A program made the translations under genes and the position numbers. DNA of 64,000 nt from Chitinophagales bacterium (GTDB lineage Bacteria; Bacteroidota; Bacteroidia; Chitinophagales; LD1): positions 36,634-100,633 of the forward strand of contig JAEUVA010000031.1 in NCBI GenBank assembly GCA_016787045.1, written 5' to 3'. Position 1 is the stretch's first letter, and every line of letters starts with the position of its first letter. A model generated the notes under the pieces. The model saw nothing but the letters and a program-made list of their open reading frames with translations. It was not told the origin of the DNA and made no database searches. Shown here piece by piece: positions 17,997-27,699 of this stretch.

Positions 17997-18659
17997 TCAA
18001 TCATTTTGTTGACCAAAGTTTTCTTTGATATAGCTGTCAATATCTTTGGTTACCCCCGGCACCTCCGGCAGGGTTTGCAGTTGGTTGCCGATGTATAGTT
18101 TAAGGTCAAGTTTGTAAGGCACAAAATAGAAGATGAGCGCTTTGGCTACATTTTTTCTGGCGGCAGCCATGTTGGCTTTGTGTTTGGTGATAGTGGCTAA
18201 AAAATGCTCATACATTGTTTTTCTAAACACCGCAAAGTTTTGAATGTTAGGGGAGGCGCCATTCACTTTCATTTGATCAAACTTTAGCTCACAATACGCC
18301 AATGTAGGTTCGGGGAGCCATACCTCTACGGTGTTTTTATCTCTGATAATGCGAAAGTAGCGCGTGTTCATTCCAATTTCGTAACGGGCATAATAGGGAG
18401 CCGAAATTTGCAACTGCTCTTGCTTACAGCCATTGCACAAGGCGTTGTACAAATCGGGGTGCTCTGTTTTACTGATAGTGGCATCAAGCGTGCTGTCCAC
18501 TTCTACTAAAGCACCGGCCACCACATATTTTACCACCGGATAATTGGCTACTAAGCCATCGCGCATCATGTTTACGCCTTTCATTAAAGCGAAGTACGAA
18601 GCACCGGCAATAGCCACAGCTACCAATAAAAGGATTAGAAAAATTCTGGCTTTGTTCAT
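17997..18659 (-). CDS. Membrane-anchored hypothetical protein (possibly DUF4230-like)
   Basis: N-terminal TM anchor IFLILLLVAVAIAGASYFAL. The pattern YYARYEIGMN...VEVWLPEPTLAYCELKFD resembles DUF4230 from memory; this is unverified. Confidence 0.45.
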   Translation of the reverse strand: MNKARIFLILLLVAVAIAGASYFALMKGVNMMRDGLVANYPVVKYVVAGALVEVDSTLDATISKTEHPDLYNALCNGCKQEQLQISAPYYARYEIGMNTRYFRIIRDKNTVEVWLPEPTLAYCELKFDQMKVNGASPNIQNFAVFRKTMYEHFLATITKHKANMAAARKNVAKALIFYFVPYKLDLKLYIGNQLQTLPEVPGVTKDIDSYIKENFGQQND

Positions 18660-18692
18660 GGGTTAGTTTTGTGCTAACTAACAAAACAATGC

Positions 18693-20417
18693 TTACTTAT
18701 TCAACTCGGTTTCTACAAAAGAAACCAATTGCTGCACATAAGTTTTGCTAAAGTTAAATTCTGCACCGGCAGTTTTGTAGAACTCCGGAATAGGTTTGGT
18801 ATAACCCAAGCTGAGCGCTTTTTTGTAGTCTTCTACTGCTTTTTTAGGGTTCGTGCGGTAGTTTTTCCAAATGGCTAATGCGCCAAGCTCGGCAAAGGCA
18901 TACTCTATGTAGTAAAGCGGAACAATGTAGAAGTGCAATATGCGCTGGTAGCCGGTTTCTAACGATAGCTGTTGGGTGCTCCAGTCGTATGTCTTTGCCG
19001 TGAATTTGCTGTACAACTCTGTCCACTTAGCTCTGCGTTCTTGCACAGTGTGGTTGGGGTTTTCGTAAAGCCAATACTGGAAACTATCGCCCAGGCAGGT
19101 TTTGGCTAATACATTAAGAATGTACTTGAGGTGGTTTTCTTTGGCCCGTTGTGCATCATCGGCATTACCATAGTAAATATCCCAATGCTGCATGGTCATT
19201 AGTTCCATAGCCATAGAAGCTACTTCGGCAATTTCGCTCGGAGCATCTTTAAATGCATTGAGCGGTAACTGATGGGCAAGGAAGGTGTGTATGGCATGCC
19301 CGCCTTCGTGAACAATAGTGATAAGGTCATGCTCGCCATTGGCAGAATTCATAAAGATAAATGGCACACCTATTTCGGGCATAGTCATGTTATAGCCACC
19401 GGCACCTTTGTTGAGCCGTGTTTCTAAATCCAGATAATTCATTTGGCGCATAATTTCTATGCGCTCGCCAAAGTAGGGATCCAGTTGGTTGAAGCAGGCA
19501 ATTGTTTTTTCAATCAAATCGTGGCTGCTGCTGCTGGGTTGAAGTGCAGGTTTGCCACTGGTGTCCACATCCACATCCCACGGAAAAAGTTGTTCTACGC
19601 CAAGTTCTGCTTTGCGCTGCTCTGCAAATTTGTCAAGCAGTGGCACTACCACCTCTTGCACAGATTGGTGAAACACCTCGCAATCTGCTTTAGTATAATC
19701 AAAGCGACCCAACTCGGCAAAACGGTATTCTACATAGTTTTTGAAACCGGCATTGAGGGCAATTTGATGGCGCAGTTGAATGAGTTCGGTCAGTAAAGTG
19801 TCTAACGCATCAGCATCTTTGGCTCTGCGTTCGGCCATAGCTACATAGATATTTTCGCGCAGTTGGCGGTCGTTATCTTTGAGCAGAAGTGCGGCTTGCA
19901 AAAGTGTTAGTTCTGTGCCATTGTGCTGTATAGATTGCGCTCCGGTAAGGGCATCAAAGCCGCTTTGTTTGATTTGTAATTCGCTGATGAGCGGCACATT
20001 TTTTTCTCTATAGAGCGCTATGCTGTTTTTGATTCCACGGATAGTGATGCCATACAGATTGGCGTCTAATTGGGCGGTGTATGGGCAATCTATCAGCTTT
20101 TGTTTTAGTTGCTGGTCTAGCGGAGCCAGCTGTGGTGCTATTTGCCCGTAAAGATGTACCAAAGCTGATTTGGATTTTTCATCGGTAGTATCTACGGTAG
20201 TGCGTACATAGGCCCAGCGGCTGTATTCGCTGATTGCGGCATCTAACTCGCTTTGGTCTTTGAGCCATTGCTCTAATTCCGTTAAACTGTTTAGCGGCCT
20301 TTGTAGCAGTTCGTGCATGTACGGCTCAATTTGTTCCCAATTTCCGGGGTCAAAATTTTCGCTGATATATGTTCGTGCTTTTCGGGTAGGTAGTTCAATG
20401 CTGCTTATACTCTGCAT
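18693..20417 (-). CDS. M3 family oligoendopeptidase (PepF-like zinc metallopeptidase)
   Basis: HEGGHAIH zinc-binding HExxH motif, about 570 aa, cytoplasmic-looking. Confidence 0.85.
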   Translation of the reverse strand: MQSISSIELPTRKARTYISENFDPGNWEQIEPYMHELLQRPLNSLTELEQWLKDQSELDAAISEYSRWAYVRTTVDTTDEKSKSALVHLYGQIAPQLAPLDQQLKQKLIDCPYTAQLDANLYGITIRGIKNSIALYREKNVPLISELQIKQSGFDALTGAQSIQHNGTELTLLQAALLLKDNDRQLRENIYVAMAERRAKDADALDTLLTELIQLRHQIALNAGFKNYVEYRFAELGRFDYTKADCEVFHQSVQEVVVPLLDKFAEQRKAELGVEQLFPWDVDVDTSGKPALQPSSSSHDLIEKTIACFNQLDPYFGERIEIMRQMNYLDLETRLNKGAGGYNMTMPEIGVPFIFMNSANGEHDLITIVHEGGHAIHTFLAHQLPLNAFKDAPSEIAEVASMAMELMTMQHWDIYYGNADDAQRAKENHLKYILNVLAKTCLGDSFQYWLYENPNHTVQERRAKWTELYSKFTAKTYDWSTQQLSLETGYQRILHFYIVPLYYIEYAFAELGALAIWKNYRTNPKKAVEDYKKALSLGYTKPIPEFYKTAGAEFNFSKTYVQQLVSFVETELNK

Positions 20418-20427
20418 AGGGCAAATA

Positions 20428-20991
20428 TTATTGTGCTTTGCGCGGAGTGGTAATTTTTTTAGCGGCTGGTGCCGGCTTGGTACTGGCTTTAGCCGAAGTA
20501 TCTTTTTGTACCTTAGGTTTTTTCTCTGTTTTGGGCTTGCTCTCTTTTTTTACTTCGGTAGTCTCGGCAGATTTTTCTTCTTGCTCTCCTTCGGGTTTAT
20601 CGGCAATTAGTTCTTCAATCAGGTTTTTATTATTGAGCAAGGTGTACCACTTGGCCAATTTTTTAATGTCGCTGGCGTACACTTTTTCTTTATCGTAGTT
20701 GGGCAGTACTACTTCTAACCACTGCTTGAGTGCCGCATCATCTTTACCATCGGGTACAGCTGTTTTGGCTTCATTTTTTTTGATGGAAGCAAACACCTCT
20801 TTTAAGGCAACCGGCTCACCGGTGGTGTACATGGTAATGTTATCTAACTGGGTAAACATGTGTGTGCGACCGGGGATAAATTGTGTTTTACCATCTATAA
20901 GTGAGGTGGCAATCAAACCATCGTTTCTGCGAGCGGCTACTTTGTAAAGTCCGGGTAAGTTGGTTACGGCTACAATTTCAGATAATGTCAT
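20428..20991 (-). CDS. DUF5606-type protein with lysine/proline/alanine-rich histone-H1-like C-terminal tail
   Basis: The N-terminus (LSEIVAVTNLPGLYKVAARRNDGLIATSLIDGKTQFIPG) resembles DUF5606 from memory. The last ~57 aa are low complexity (KKESKPKTEKKPKVQKDTSAKASTKPAPAAKKITTPRKAQ). Confidence 0.5.
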   Translation of the reverse strand: MTLSEIVAVTNLPGLYKVAARRNDGLIATSLIDGKTQFIPGRTHMFTQLDNITMYTTGEPVALKEVFASIKKNEAKTAVPDGKDDAALKQWLEVVLPNYDKEKVYASDIKKLAKWYTLLNNKNLIEELIADKPEGEQEEKSAETTEVKKESKPKTEKKPKVQKDTSAKASTKPAPAAKKITTPRKAQ

Positions 20992-21019
20992 ACGGTTGTT
21001 CTTTTCTATTTAGGGGTGG

Positions 21020-21050
21020 CAAAAATAACCCTCGCGGCTGCATTAGCAAA
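21020..21050 (-). promoter_or_regulatory. Bacteroidota sigma-A type promoter for the DUF5606 gene
   Basis: The minus strand reads TTTG (21050-21047), a 19-nt spacer, then TATTTTTG (21027-20120 direction; coordinates 21020-21027). This is an exact match to the TTTG-N19-TAnnTTTG consensus. The motif ends 28 nt before the ATG at 20991. Confidence 0.5.
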
Positions 21051-21154
21051 TGCGGAGGATGTTTTGGGGGGTGTAGTTTGGGGTTTGTGGTTGCCCACGC
21101 AATGTAACAGAGGATGAGGTTATCTGTAAACCATCATTGAATATGAACAATGAC

Positions 21155-22666
21155 CTATGCTGCCGGCAACAAAATTCTAAATGTAGTGCCTTTGCCGGGT
21201 TCGCTGCTTTTTACAAAAATTTTACCGTTGTGGTATTCCTGCACAATTCTGCGGGTGAGCGAAAGCCCCAGCCCCCAGCCCCTGCGTTTGGTGCTGTAGC
21301 CGGGTTCAAATATGGTCTCAAACTTATTTTTAGGGATTCCCTTTCCGCTATCGGCCACGTCAATGGCAATTTGGTCGCCATCGGGGTGTGCTTCTACGGA
21401 AATAGCACCTTCACCATCCATGGCATCTAAAGCGTTTTTGATCAGGTTTTCCAGCACCCAGTCAAAAAGTTGTTCGTTAATATTGAACGATAAACCCTCC
21501 ATACATTGGAGGTTAAATTGCACTTTGGCGCTGGTGCGCTTACGCATGTAATCTACGTTTCTTTCTAATGTGGTTTTTACATCGGTTGGCGTTAACTTAG
21601 GCACAGAGCCAATTTTTGAAAACCGGTCGGCCACCAAGGTGAGTCGCTTTACATCGCTTTCTAACTCTTTAATAATGTTTTCGTTTCCGCGCAGCGACTC
21701 GGTATCGCGCAGGTATTCTATCCACCCCTCTAACGAGGAGATGGGCGTGCCTAACTGGTGTGCAGTTTCTTTAGCCATGCCTACCCAAACTAAGTTTTGC
21801 TCTGCTCTGCGGGCATTGCTAAAAGCCAAATAAGCAATGAGTAAAAACACGGCAAAAATGCCTAACTGTATGAACGGAAAGAGCCGCAGTTGTTTGAGGG
21901 TGGTAGAGTCATCGTAATAGATGTACCGTTTTACCCCTTCTCCTAAATCGGCCACTATAGGGTCATGCTTGCTCTGCATGTCTTTGATAAGCAGCAGGGC
22001 CTTTTCGGTGGTAGAAATTGCCGCACTGTCTATGTTGCCGTAATCCAGCACATTCATTTTTTCATCGGTGAGAATAACCGGAGCGCTGGCCGTGTTGAGA
22101 ACTACTTCGCTAATGAATGTTTCTACCAAATCGCTGAGCGTTTGTTTGAGTTTGGTAAACAGGTTAGAATCTTTGTAATAAATTTTGCTGATGCTAAACT
22201 TGTAATCTACCAATATGGGCTGGTACATAGAAAACTCGTGCAGCAGTTCGGCAGGTAATTGGTTAAACTGGTTTACATGTTTGGGCAACTCAATATTTCG
22301 CGCACCTTGTATATTGCCTTTGTCATCGGTAAGTATGGCGGGTATATCGTTGTTGGAGGTTACAATATCATTAAAGAAATTGAGAACATCGTTATCGTTT
22401 ACAGTAAGAATAAACTTAGTGCTTTGTGCATACACATTTACCTTTTGGCGCTCTTCGGCAGCCAGTTTTGTAAAAAGTTCTTTAGTGTAGCGTACCAACT
22501 TTGCTTTGCGGGCAATGGCCTGTGCCCACAAGTTGGCTTTGTATTTTTCTTCGTTAGCCAACTTGCTGGCCAAATGGTTGGTGTACAGCACCGTAGCTGC
22601 GCCAATCACCAGCCCGGTAATGAGCAGCGCTAATTTGAGGTTAGATTTTCGGGTGTATATATCCAT
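21155..22666 (-). CDS. Sensor histidine kinase (two TM helices flanking a ~230-aa extracytoplasmic domain; HisKA + HATPase_c)
   Basis: H-box ETAHQLGTPISSLEGW, N-box LIKNALDAM, G-boxes DSGKGI and GWGLGLS. Confidence 0.85.
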   Translation of the reverse strand: MDIYTRKSNLKLALLITGLVIGAATVLYTNHLASKLANEEKYKANLWAQAIARKAKLVRYTKELFTKLAAEERQKVNVYAQSTKFILTVNDNDVLNFFNDIVTSNNDIPAILTDDKGNIQGARNIELPKHVNQFNQLPAELLHEFSMYQPILVDYKFSISKIYYKDSNLFTKLKQTLSDLVETFISEVVLNTASAPVILTDEKMNVLDYGNIDSAAISTTEKALLLIKDMQSKHDPIVADLGEGVKRYIYYDDSTTLKQLRLFPFIQLGIFAVFLLIAYLAFSNARRAEQNLVWVGMAKETAHQLGTPISSLEGWIEYLRDTESLRGNENIIKELESDVKRLTLVADRFSKIGSVPKLTPTDVKTTLERNVDYMRKRTSAKVQFNLQCMEGLSFNINEQLFDWVLENLIKNALDAMDGEGAISVEAHPDGDQIAIDVADSGKGIPKNKFETIFEPGYSTKRRGWGLGLSLTRRIVQEYHNGKIFVKSSEPGKGTTFRILLPAA

Positions 22667-22734
22667 GAGCCGTTTAGCTAAAATAGAAACCTAAACACAA
22701 TACCTGCTGTAATTTTTTGTAAAAAGCCATTGCA

Positions 22735-25308
22735 CTAATTCGGCTCTTCAAAATCAATAAACTGTGGAGTTTCTTTTACATCAAAATATTTTTCTTCTCT
22801 AATTTTTTCTTCAGGGTTGCTGGGTTCAGGGCGGTTTTGAAGCAAGTTTTTAAGCACATCTTTTTCTTTCTTAAAATCTTCCTGAATTTTTTTGCGAGTG
22901 CTTGCCTTGTCGTATTTGATGTCCGGATTATCAATAGGCCCGGTCATGCTCAGGTAAATGTTTAGCCCTTCGTAGGGGTCGGCTTCCATGTACTCAATAT
23001 CATTGCGCAATTTGCGGTTAAATTTTTGTGCCAGTACTTTGTGCAGATTTATTTTGAAATGATAATCTATGGTGTTATTGAAGTAGTGTTTGCCAAAGAG
23101 CATAAGGTTCAAAGCAGAAGATTTGATTTCAAACTCCGGAATATCAAACCGCTGCTCGCTAATGCGGATGGTGTTGCTCAACTCCGAAAACTTAATACGT
23201 TGCAACTCATCTATATTGATAAATTTTGATGCTTTGTAAATGGGTTCAAAGTTGATGAGTTCACCATTTTTAATGGTGAAGTCCACTAAGGCATTTATAG
23301 AAGCAGGGTCCACCTCCTTGTAGTTTTTCCAGGTAGTATTGAAAGACACATTGAGCGAAACAGAGCCATTTAGATTTTTATCTGTTAATGTGTTTTGGCC
23401 AAAGTTTTCGCACTGCCGAAAGATGGTGGGTACATCCATATTCACAGCCGTTACATCACAGTTCATTACCAATTCATCTTGTTTGGTAAAGCTGACCATG
23501 CCCCGTGTTTTCACTTGCCCTTTCATCGCTTTAGCTTGCAGTCCATTGATGCGGATAATGCCTTCGCTCAATTGCAAATCGGCATACAAGTCATCAAACT
23601 CCATTTTGCGAAAAATGAAATGCTGCATTTGCACCAGCAGGTTACCTTTCATGGCAAACACTTCTCGTATGTTTAGCTTTTCTTTTGCGGTAGAGTTGGG
23701 CCGGTTCTTTTTGTCGTAGGCCTCTAATATGCCAGACAGGTTAAATGTTTTAGTTTTTACTAATCCGTTAACCGTTAGCGTAACATCGTTTGCTTTTCGC
23801 TTTTCGCTGAGGTTGTATATGTATGGAAATAAATTTTCAATAGTGCCTGTAAACGAAAAGTCGGTACTCAAAAAGTTTAACGTAAAGTTGGTGGCGTCAA
23901 TCAGTTTGTTTTCGTACTTCAACACACCGTTGATGTTGCCATACGTAATGCCATTTTGTTGTGCCTCTACTTCGTTCAATACAAACTCTCCGCTGCCGTT
24001 CAATGTGGAGTTTTCGGCATCTGCAAAATCTGCTTTTTTACCTTGCAGGTGAAAGTTTTTAAATAGGATGGTTCCGCCCAAATCGCGCACAATGCTATCG
24101 GGTACTATGGTGTTGAGTTCTTCTAAGTGCAATGTGCCATTGGCACGAAAATCAAATGTGGGGTTGGCTAAGTTTTCTAAAACCAACTGAAAGCTAAACG
24201 GCAGGTTGTTGAGTGTGCATGAAAAATTGCTGATGGTGAGTTTATCGGCCCCTTTTTCATTGATCGAATATTGGGCTGTGGCATGTACTTTTTGCAGCAG
24301 TTTGTTGTAAGCGCCCAACTTTAGTTCACTGTCTTTTAGTTTCAATTCTGCCTCAATTTTTGGTGCATCAGTTTTGCTAAGCATTCCTCTTACCATAGCA
24401 TTAACGGTGTAGTTGCCGTGCCCTTCTGCCCCCGAAAAAGTATTCCGAATTTTTTCTGGCAGTAGCCCCAGCAGCGAATGGATGTCTTGTCCTTCGCACT
24501 GCATGGTTAAATTGATTTCACTACTCTTTTTGAGTTGCTTCAAAAAACCGCTGATGGAGAATCGATTGCCTTCTATCAATACATGCCCACTTTTGAAAGT
24601 GTATTGCTTGCTTTGTTGGTTGGTGTTAAACACCATGTCTGCTTTAACCGTTTTGTTAAGTGCTATTTGTTCTCCGTTTATCTGTAATCTTTTGAGCAGT
24701 AGTTCTGCGTCAGAGGTTACATCATATTCGCTATCGCTAAAATTGCCGGAAAGTAACAGCCGCTTTACTGAAGCGTTGGCTTCAAAATCTTGGTGCCGAT
24801 TGGCAATGCTAAACGAAATGTTTTTGAGTTGTGCCTTGCGCAATTGTATGGCAAAAGAACCCGCGCTATCATCTGCCTTTTTAAAAATATCGTAGTTGCT
24901 GTTGCCTTGTACATCGGTGTAGAGATTTAACTCGCCATTGCGCACATCCATTTTGCTAAACTCTAATGGCGGTTTAAAAATGCTGTACAGGTTAAACAGC
25001 ATAGAAAACTCGGCTGTGGTAAGTAGCTTTTTGCCGGGCTGTAGTTTATCTTCTATCACCACATTTTTGAAAGTAACCGATGCATACGGAAAGTGCTTGA
25101 TGAGCGAAAAGGTAATGCCGCCATTGACCTTAACCGGCACAGTGATGTGACTGTTAATTTCATTAATAACTATGCTTTCTATCTTGGACTGCAGAACAAA
25201 ACCGGCAACCAGCAATAGCAGGGCTATACTCAATACAAAACCCGTACTCCATTTCAGCAGCCGTTTCCAAAACGGTGAGCGGGTAGGCACGGGTTGTTCA
25301 GTATTCAT
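22735..25308 (-). CDS. AsmA-like large envelope protein
   Basis: 857 aa with a single N-terminal TM anchor (FVLSIALLLLVAGFVL) and a long beta-rich body. The size and architecture are typical of Bacteroidota AsmA family proteins. The call is from architecture only. Confidence 0.5.
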   Translation of the reverse strand: MNTEQPVPTRSPFWKRLLKWSTGFVLSIALLLLVAGFVLQSKIESIVINEINSHITVPVKVNGGITFSLIKHFPYASVTFKNVVIEDKLQPGKKLLTTAEFSMLFNLYSIFKPPLEFSKMDVRNGELNLYTDVQGNSNYDIFKKADDSAGSFAIQLRKAQLKNISFSIANRHQDFEANASVKRLLLSGNFSDSEYDVTSDAELLLKRLQINGEQIALNKTVKADMVFNTNQQSKQYTFKSGHVLIEGNRFSISGFLKQLKKSSEINLTMQCEGQDIHSLLGLLPEKIRNTFSGAEGHGNYTVNAMVRGMLSKTDAPKIEAELKLKDSELKLGAYNKLLQKVHATAQYSINEKGADKLTISNFSCTLNNLPFSFQLVLENLANPTFDFRANGTLHLEELNTIVPDSIVRDLGGTILFKNFHLQGKKADFADAENSTLNGSGEFVLNEVEAQQNGITYGNINGVLKYENKLIDATNFTLNFLSTDFSFTGTIENLFPYIYNLSEKRKANDVTLTVNGLVKTKTFNLSGILEAYDKKNRPNSTAKEKLNIREVFAMKGNLLVQMQHFIFRKMEFDDLYADLQLSEGIIRINGLQAKAMKGQVKTRGMVSFTKQDELVMNCDVTAVNMDVPTIFRQCENFGQNTLTDKNLNGSVSLNVSFNTTWKNYKEVDPASINALVDFTIKNGELINFEPIYKASKFINIDELQRIKFSELSNTIRISEQRFDIPEFEIKSSALNLMLFGKHYFNNTIDYHFKINLHKVLAQKFNRKLRNDIEYMEADPYEGLNIYLSMTGPIDNPDIKYDKASTRKKIQEDFKKEKDVLKNLLQNRPEPSNPEEKIREEKYFDVKETPQFIDFEEPN

Positions 25309-25389
25309 AATTGTTCAACGCAGAATTGGCGGTTTGATTATTTATTGCAACTCTTGTGAATTCAAAAGAATCTATTTTCAAATACCTGT

Positions 25390-27699
25390 ATGGTTTCTGT
25401 TATGAATTTTTATGCACGCTACATTGCCATTTGTGGTTTATTGTTAAATGTTTTGTTCACCTATTCGCAATATGATGAAAACGTACGAATGCGGAGTGGG
25501 TTATATGGTGCGAATATTGAGGTGCCGATTATTACTTTGCCAAAACTAAATATGCAAGATGTAACTGTATTGGATGGGTTACAAGAAGTAAAAGGTCACT
25601 TACCTCTATTCTCCAGAAACGTAGCTTGTAATATAAGTTTGAACAACAACACTTTTTTAAAAGAAACCACTCATGAAGGATATTTGTATCGCATACAACT
25701 CTCGGCTTCCGGAGCTAAAGGATTAGTGTTGTTGTTCAACAAATTGTATTTACCACAGGGCGCTACCCTTCATGTGTATTCACCTGATAAGCGGCAAGTT
25801 TTGGGCGCATACTCCAATAGCAACACACCACAACCCACACCTTTTAATGCAGGTATTGTGGTGGGCGAAAATGCAGTGATAGAATATTTTGAACCATACT
25901 CACAAACCGGAAAGGGCATTTTAGAAATTACAGAAATTGGGTATGCGTACCGTTGGATGGAGTGGCTCTACAAAAATGGAAGCCAATCAGCAGCATCCGG
26001 CAGTTGCGAAGTAAATGTAGCGTGCAGTGAGGCCAATAACTGGCAAGATCAGAAACGAAGTGTAGCCCGAATTGTAGTGGCCAGCAGCCAAGGTCAGGGC
26101 TTTTGCACAGGGGCTTTAGTTAATAATCAAAAGCAAGATTGTACACCTTACTTTCTCTCCGCACAACACTGCACCGAAGGAACAACCACAGCGCAATATG
26201 CGCAGTACATTTTCTACTTTGGCTATGAGTCAAGTTTGTGCAACGGCACATCGGGCCCCACAAACAAAACGGTGAACGGCTGCACCAAAATTGCAGATAG
26301 TAACGATAACGGTGGGGCATCCGGTTCAGATTTTGTGTTGTTGCAGTTATCTGGTACACCCCCGAGTAATTACAATGTGTATTATGCCGGTTGGAATAAT
26401 GGGGCTACAGCTCCATCATCGGGAGTTTGCATCCACCACCCCGATGGAGACATTAAAAAAATATCTACTTACTCAAGCACCGCAACTTCTACAGCGTGGG
26501 GAAGCATGAGTGGCTCTCATTGGGATGTGCAATGGGTGGCTACTACCAATGGGCACGGAGTTACTGAACCGGGTTCATCCGGTTCACCCTTGTTTAATCA
26601 AAACGGAGAAATAGTAGGCACACTCACCGGTGGCGATTCGTACTGCAACACTCCTAACAATCCCGATCAGTTTGGTAAGGTCAATAAACATTGGACGGCC
26701 AACGGCACCGCCAACAACCGCAGATTAAAACCCTGGCTTGATCCGGATAACACTGGAGCGGTTTCTATAGGCGGTACTAATTTTCCTTGTGGTAGTTTAG
26801 TGGCTAATGATGCGGGCATATCAGCTATTCTTTCTCCATTAACTGTTGTTTGTACCACATCTTTTGCACCTTCCATCACATTGAAAAACTTTGGCAGTAA
26901 CACCCTTACAACAGTTACAATCAACTACACGATTGATGGTAATGTTTTTCAATATGTATGGAACGGCAATTTGTCTTCAGGAGGTAGCACTACGGTAAGT
27001 TTGCCGGTAGTTTCCTTAAGTACAGGGCAGCACAGTATTTCGTTTGAAACGGCATCACCCAACAACACCTCAGATGGCAATACGGCTAACGATGTAGCAC
27101 AACAAAACTTTACAGTAGGTACAAGCAACCTCAATTTGTATATCAAAACCGATACGTATGGCGATGAAACCACTTGGCAAATTACTAACTCATCTAATGC
27201 AGTAGTATCATTAGGAGGGCCTTATGTAGAGTTTACCGGTGGCAAGGTATATAACGAAAATGTGTGCCTAGCTCCGGGTTGTTACACACTCACCTTCTTT
27301 GATTCTTATGATGATGGGATGGATGATGGACAAACTACCGGTACTTTTAAGTTGACCGGACTTGGCGGCTCTCCGGTATATGCCGAGCTAAGTGATCCGC
27401 AGTTTGGTACCTCGGTTTCGTATCCATTTTGCATACAAGCAAGTGGATTAGAGAACGAAACTTTTGCTGTTGCGGTTTATCCCAACCCATCTACAGATGT
27501 TTTTGTGATAAATGCCGATGTGGCAGGAGAGAAGTTACTGCGGGTGTATAATCAAGTAGGCCAATTGGTGAATGAAACATACTGCAACAACACGGTTACC
27601 TACATCAACCTTGCTACACAAGCAGGCGGTGTTTATGTTTTGTATGTAAAAGCCCTAAGTACTGGTGCAGAATCTACCGCGAAACTGATAGTGAGGTAA
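25390..27699 (+). CDS. Secreted S1-family (lysyl-endopeptidase-like) serine protease with T9SS C-terminal sorting domain
   Basis: Catalytic triad context LSAQHCTEG (His), SDFVLLQL (Asp) and EPGSSGSPLF (Ser). The C-terminal VYPNPSTDVFVI...VYNQVGQLV...GVYVLYVKA...AKLIVR is a T9SS type-A CTD. ATG 25402 is an alternative start. Confidence 0.8.
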   Translation: MVSVMNFYARYIAICGLLLNVLFTYSQYDENVRMRSGLYGANIEVPIITLPKLNMQDVTVLDGLQEVKGHLPLFSRNVACNISLNNNTFLKETTHEGYLYRIQLSASGAKGLVLLFNKLYLPQGATLHVYSPDKRQVLGAYSNSNTPQPTPFNAGIVVGENAVIEYFEPYSQTGKGILEITEIGYAYRWMEWLYKNGSQSAASGSCEVNVACSEANNWQDQKRSVARIVVASSQGQGFCTGALVNNQKQDCTPYFLSAQHCTEGTTTAQYAQYIFYFGYESSLCNGTSGPTNKTVNGCTKIADSNDNGGASGSDFVLLQLSGTPPSNYNVYYAGWNNGATAPSSGVCIHHPDGDIKKISTYSSTATSTAWGSMSGSHWDVQWVATTNGHGVTEPGSSGSPLFNQNGEIVGTLTGGDSYCNTPNNPDQFGKVNKHWTANGTANNRRLKPWLDPDNTGAVSIGGTNFPCGSLVANDAGISAILSPLTVVCTTSFAPSITLKNFGSNTLTTVTINYTIDGNVFQYVWNGNLSSGGSTTVSLPVVSLSTGQHSISFETASPNNTSDGNTANDVAQQNFTVGTSNLNLYIKTDTYGDETTWQITNSSNAVVSLGGPYVEFTGGKVYNENVCLAPGCYTLTFFDSYDDGMDDGQTTGTFKLTGLGGSPVYAELSDPQFGTSVSYPFCIQASGLENETFAVAVYPNPSTDVFVINADVAGEKLLRVYNQVGQLVNETYCNNTVTYINLATQAGGVYVLYVKALSTGAESTAKLIVR

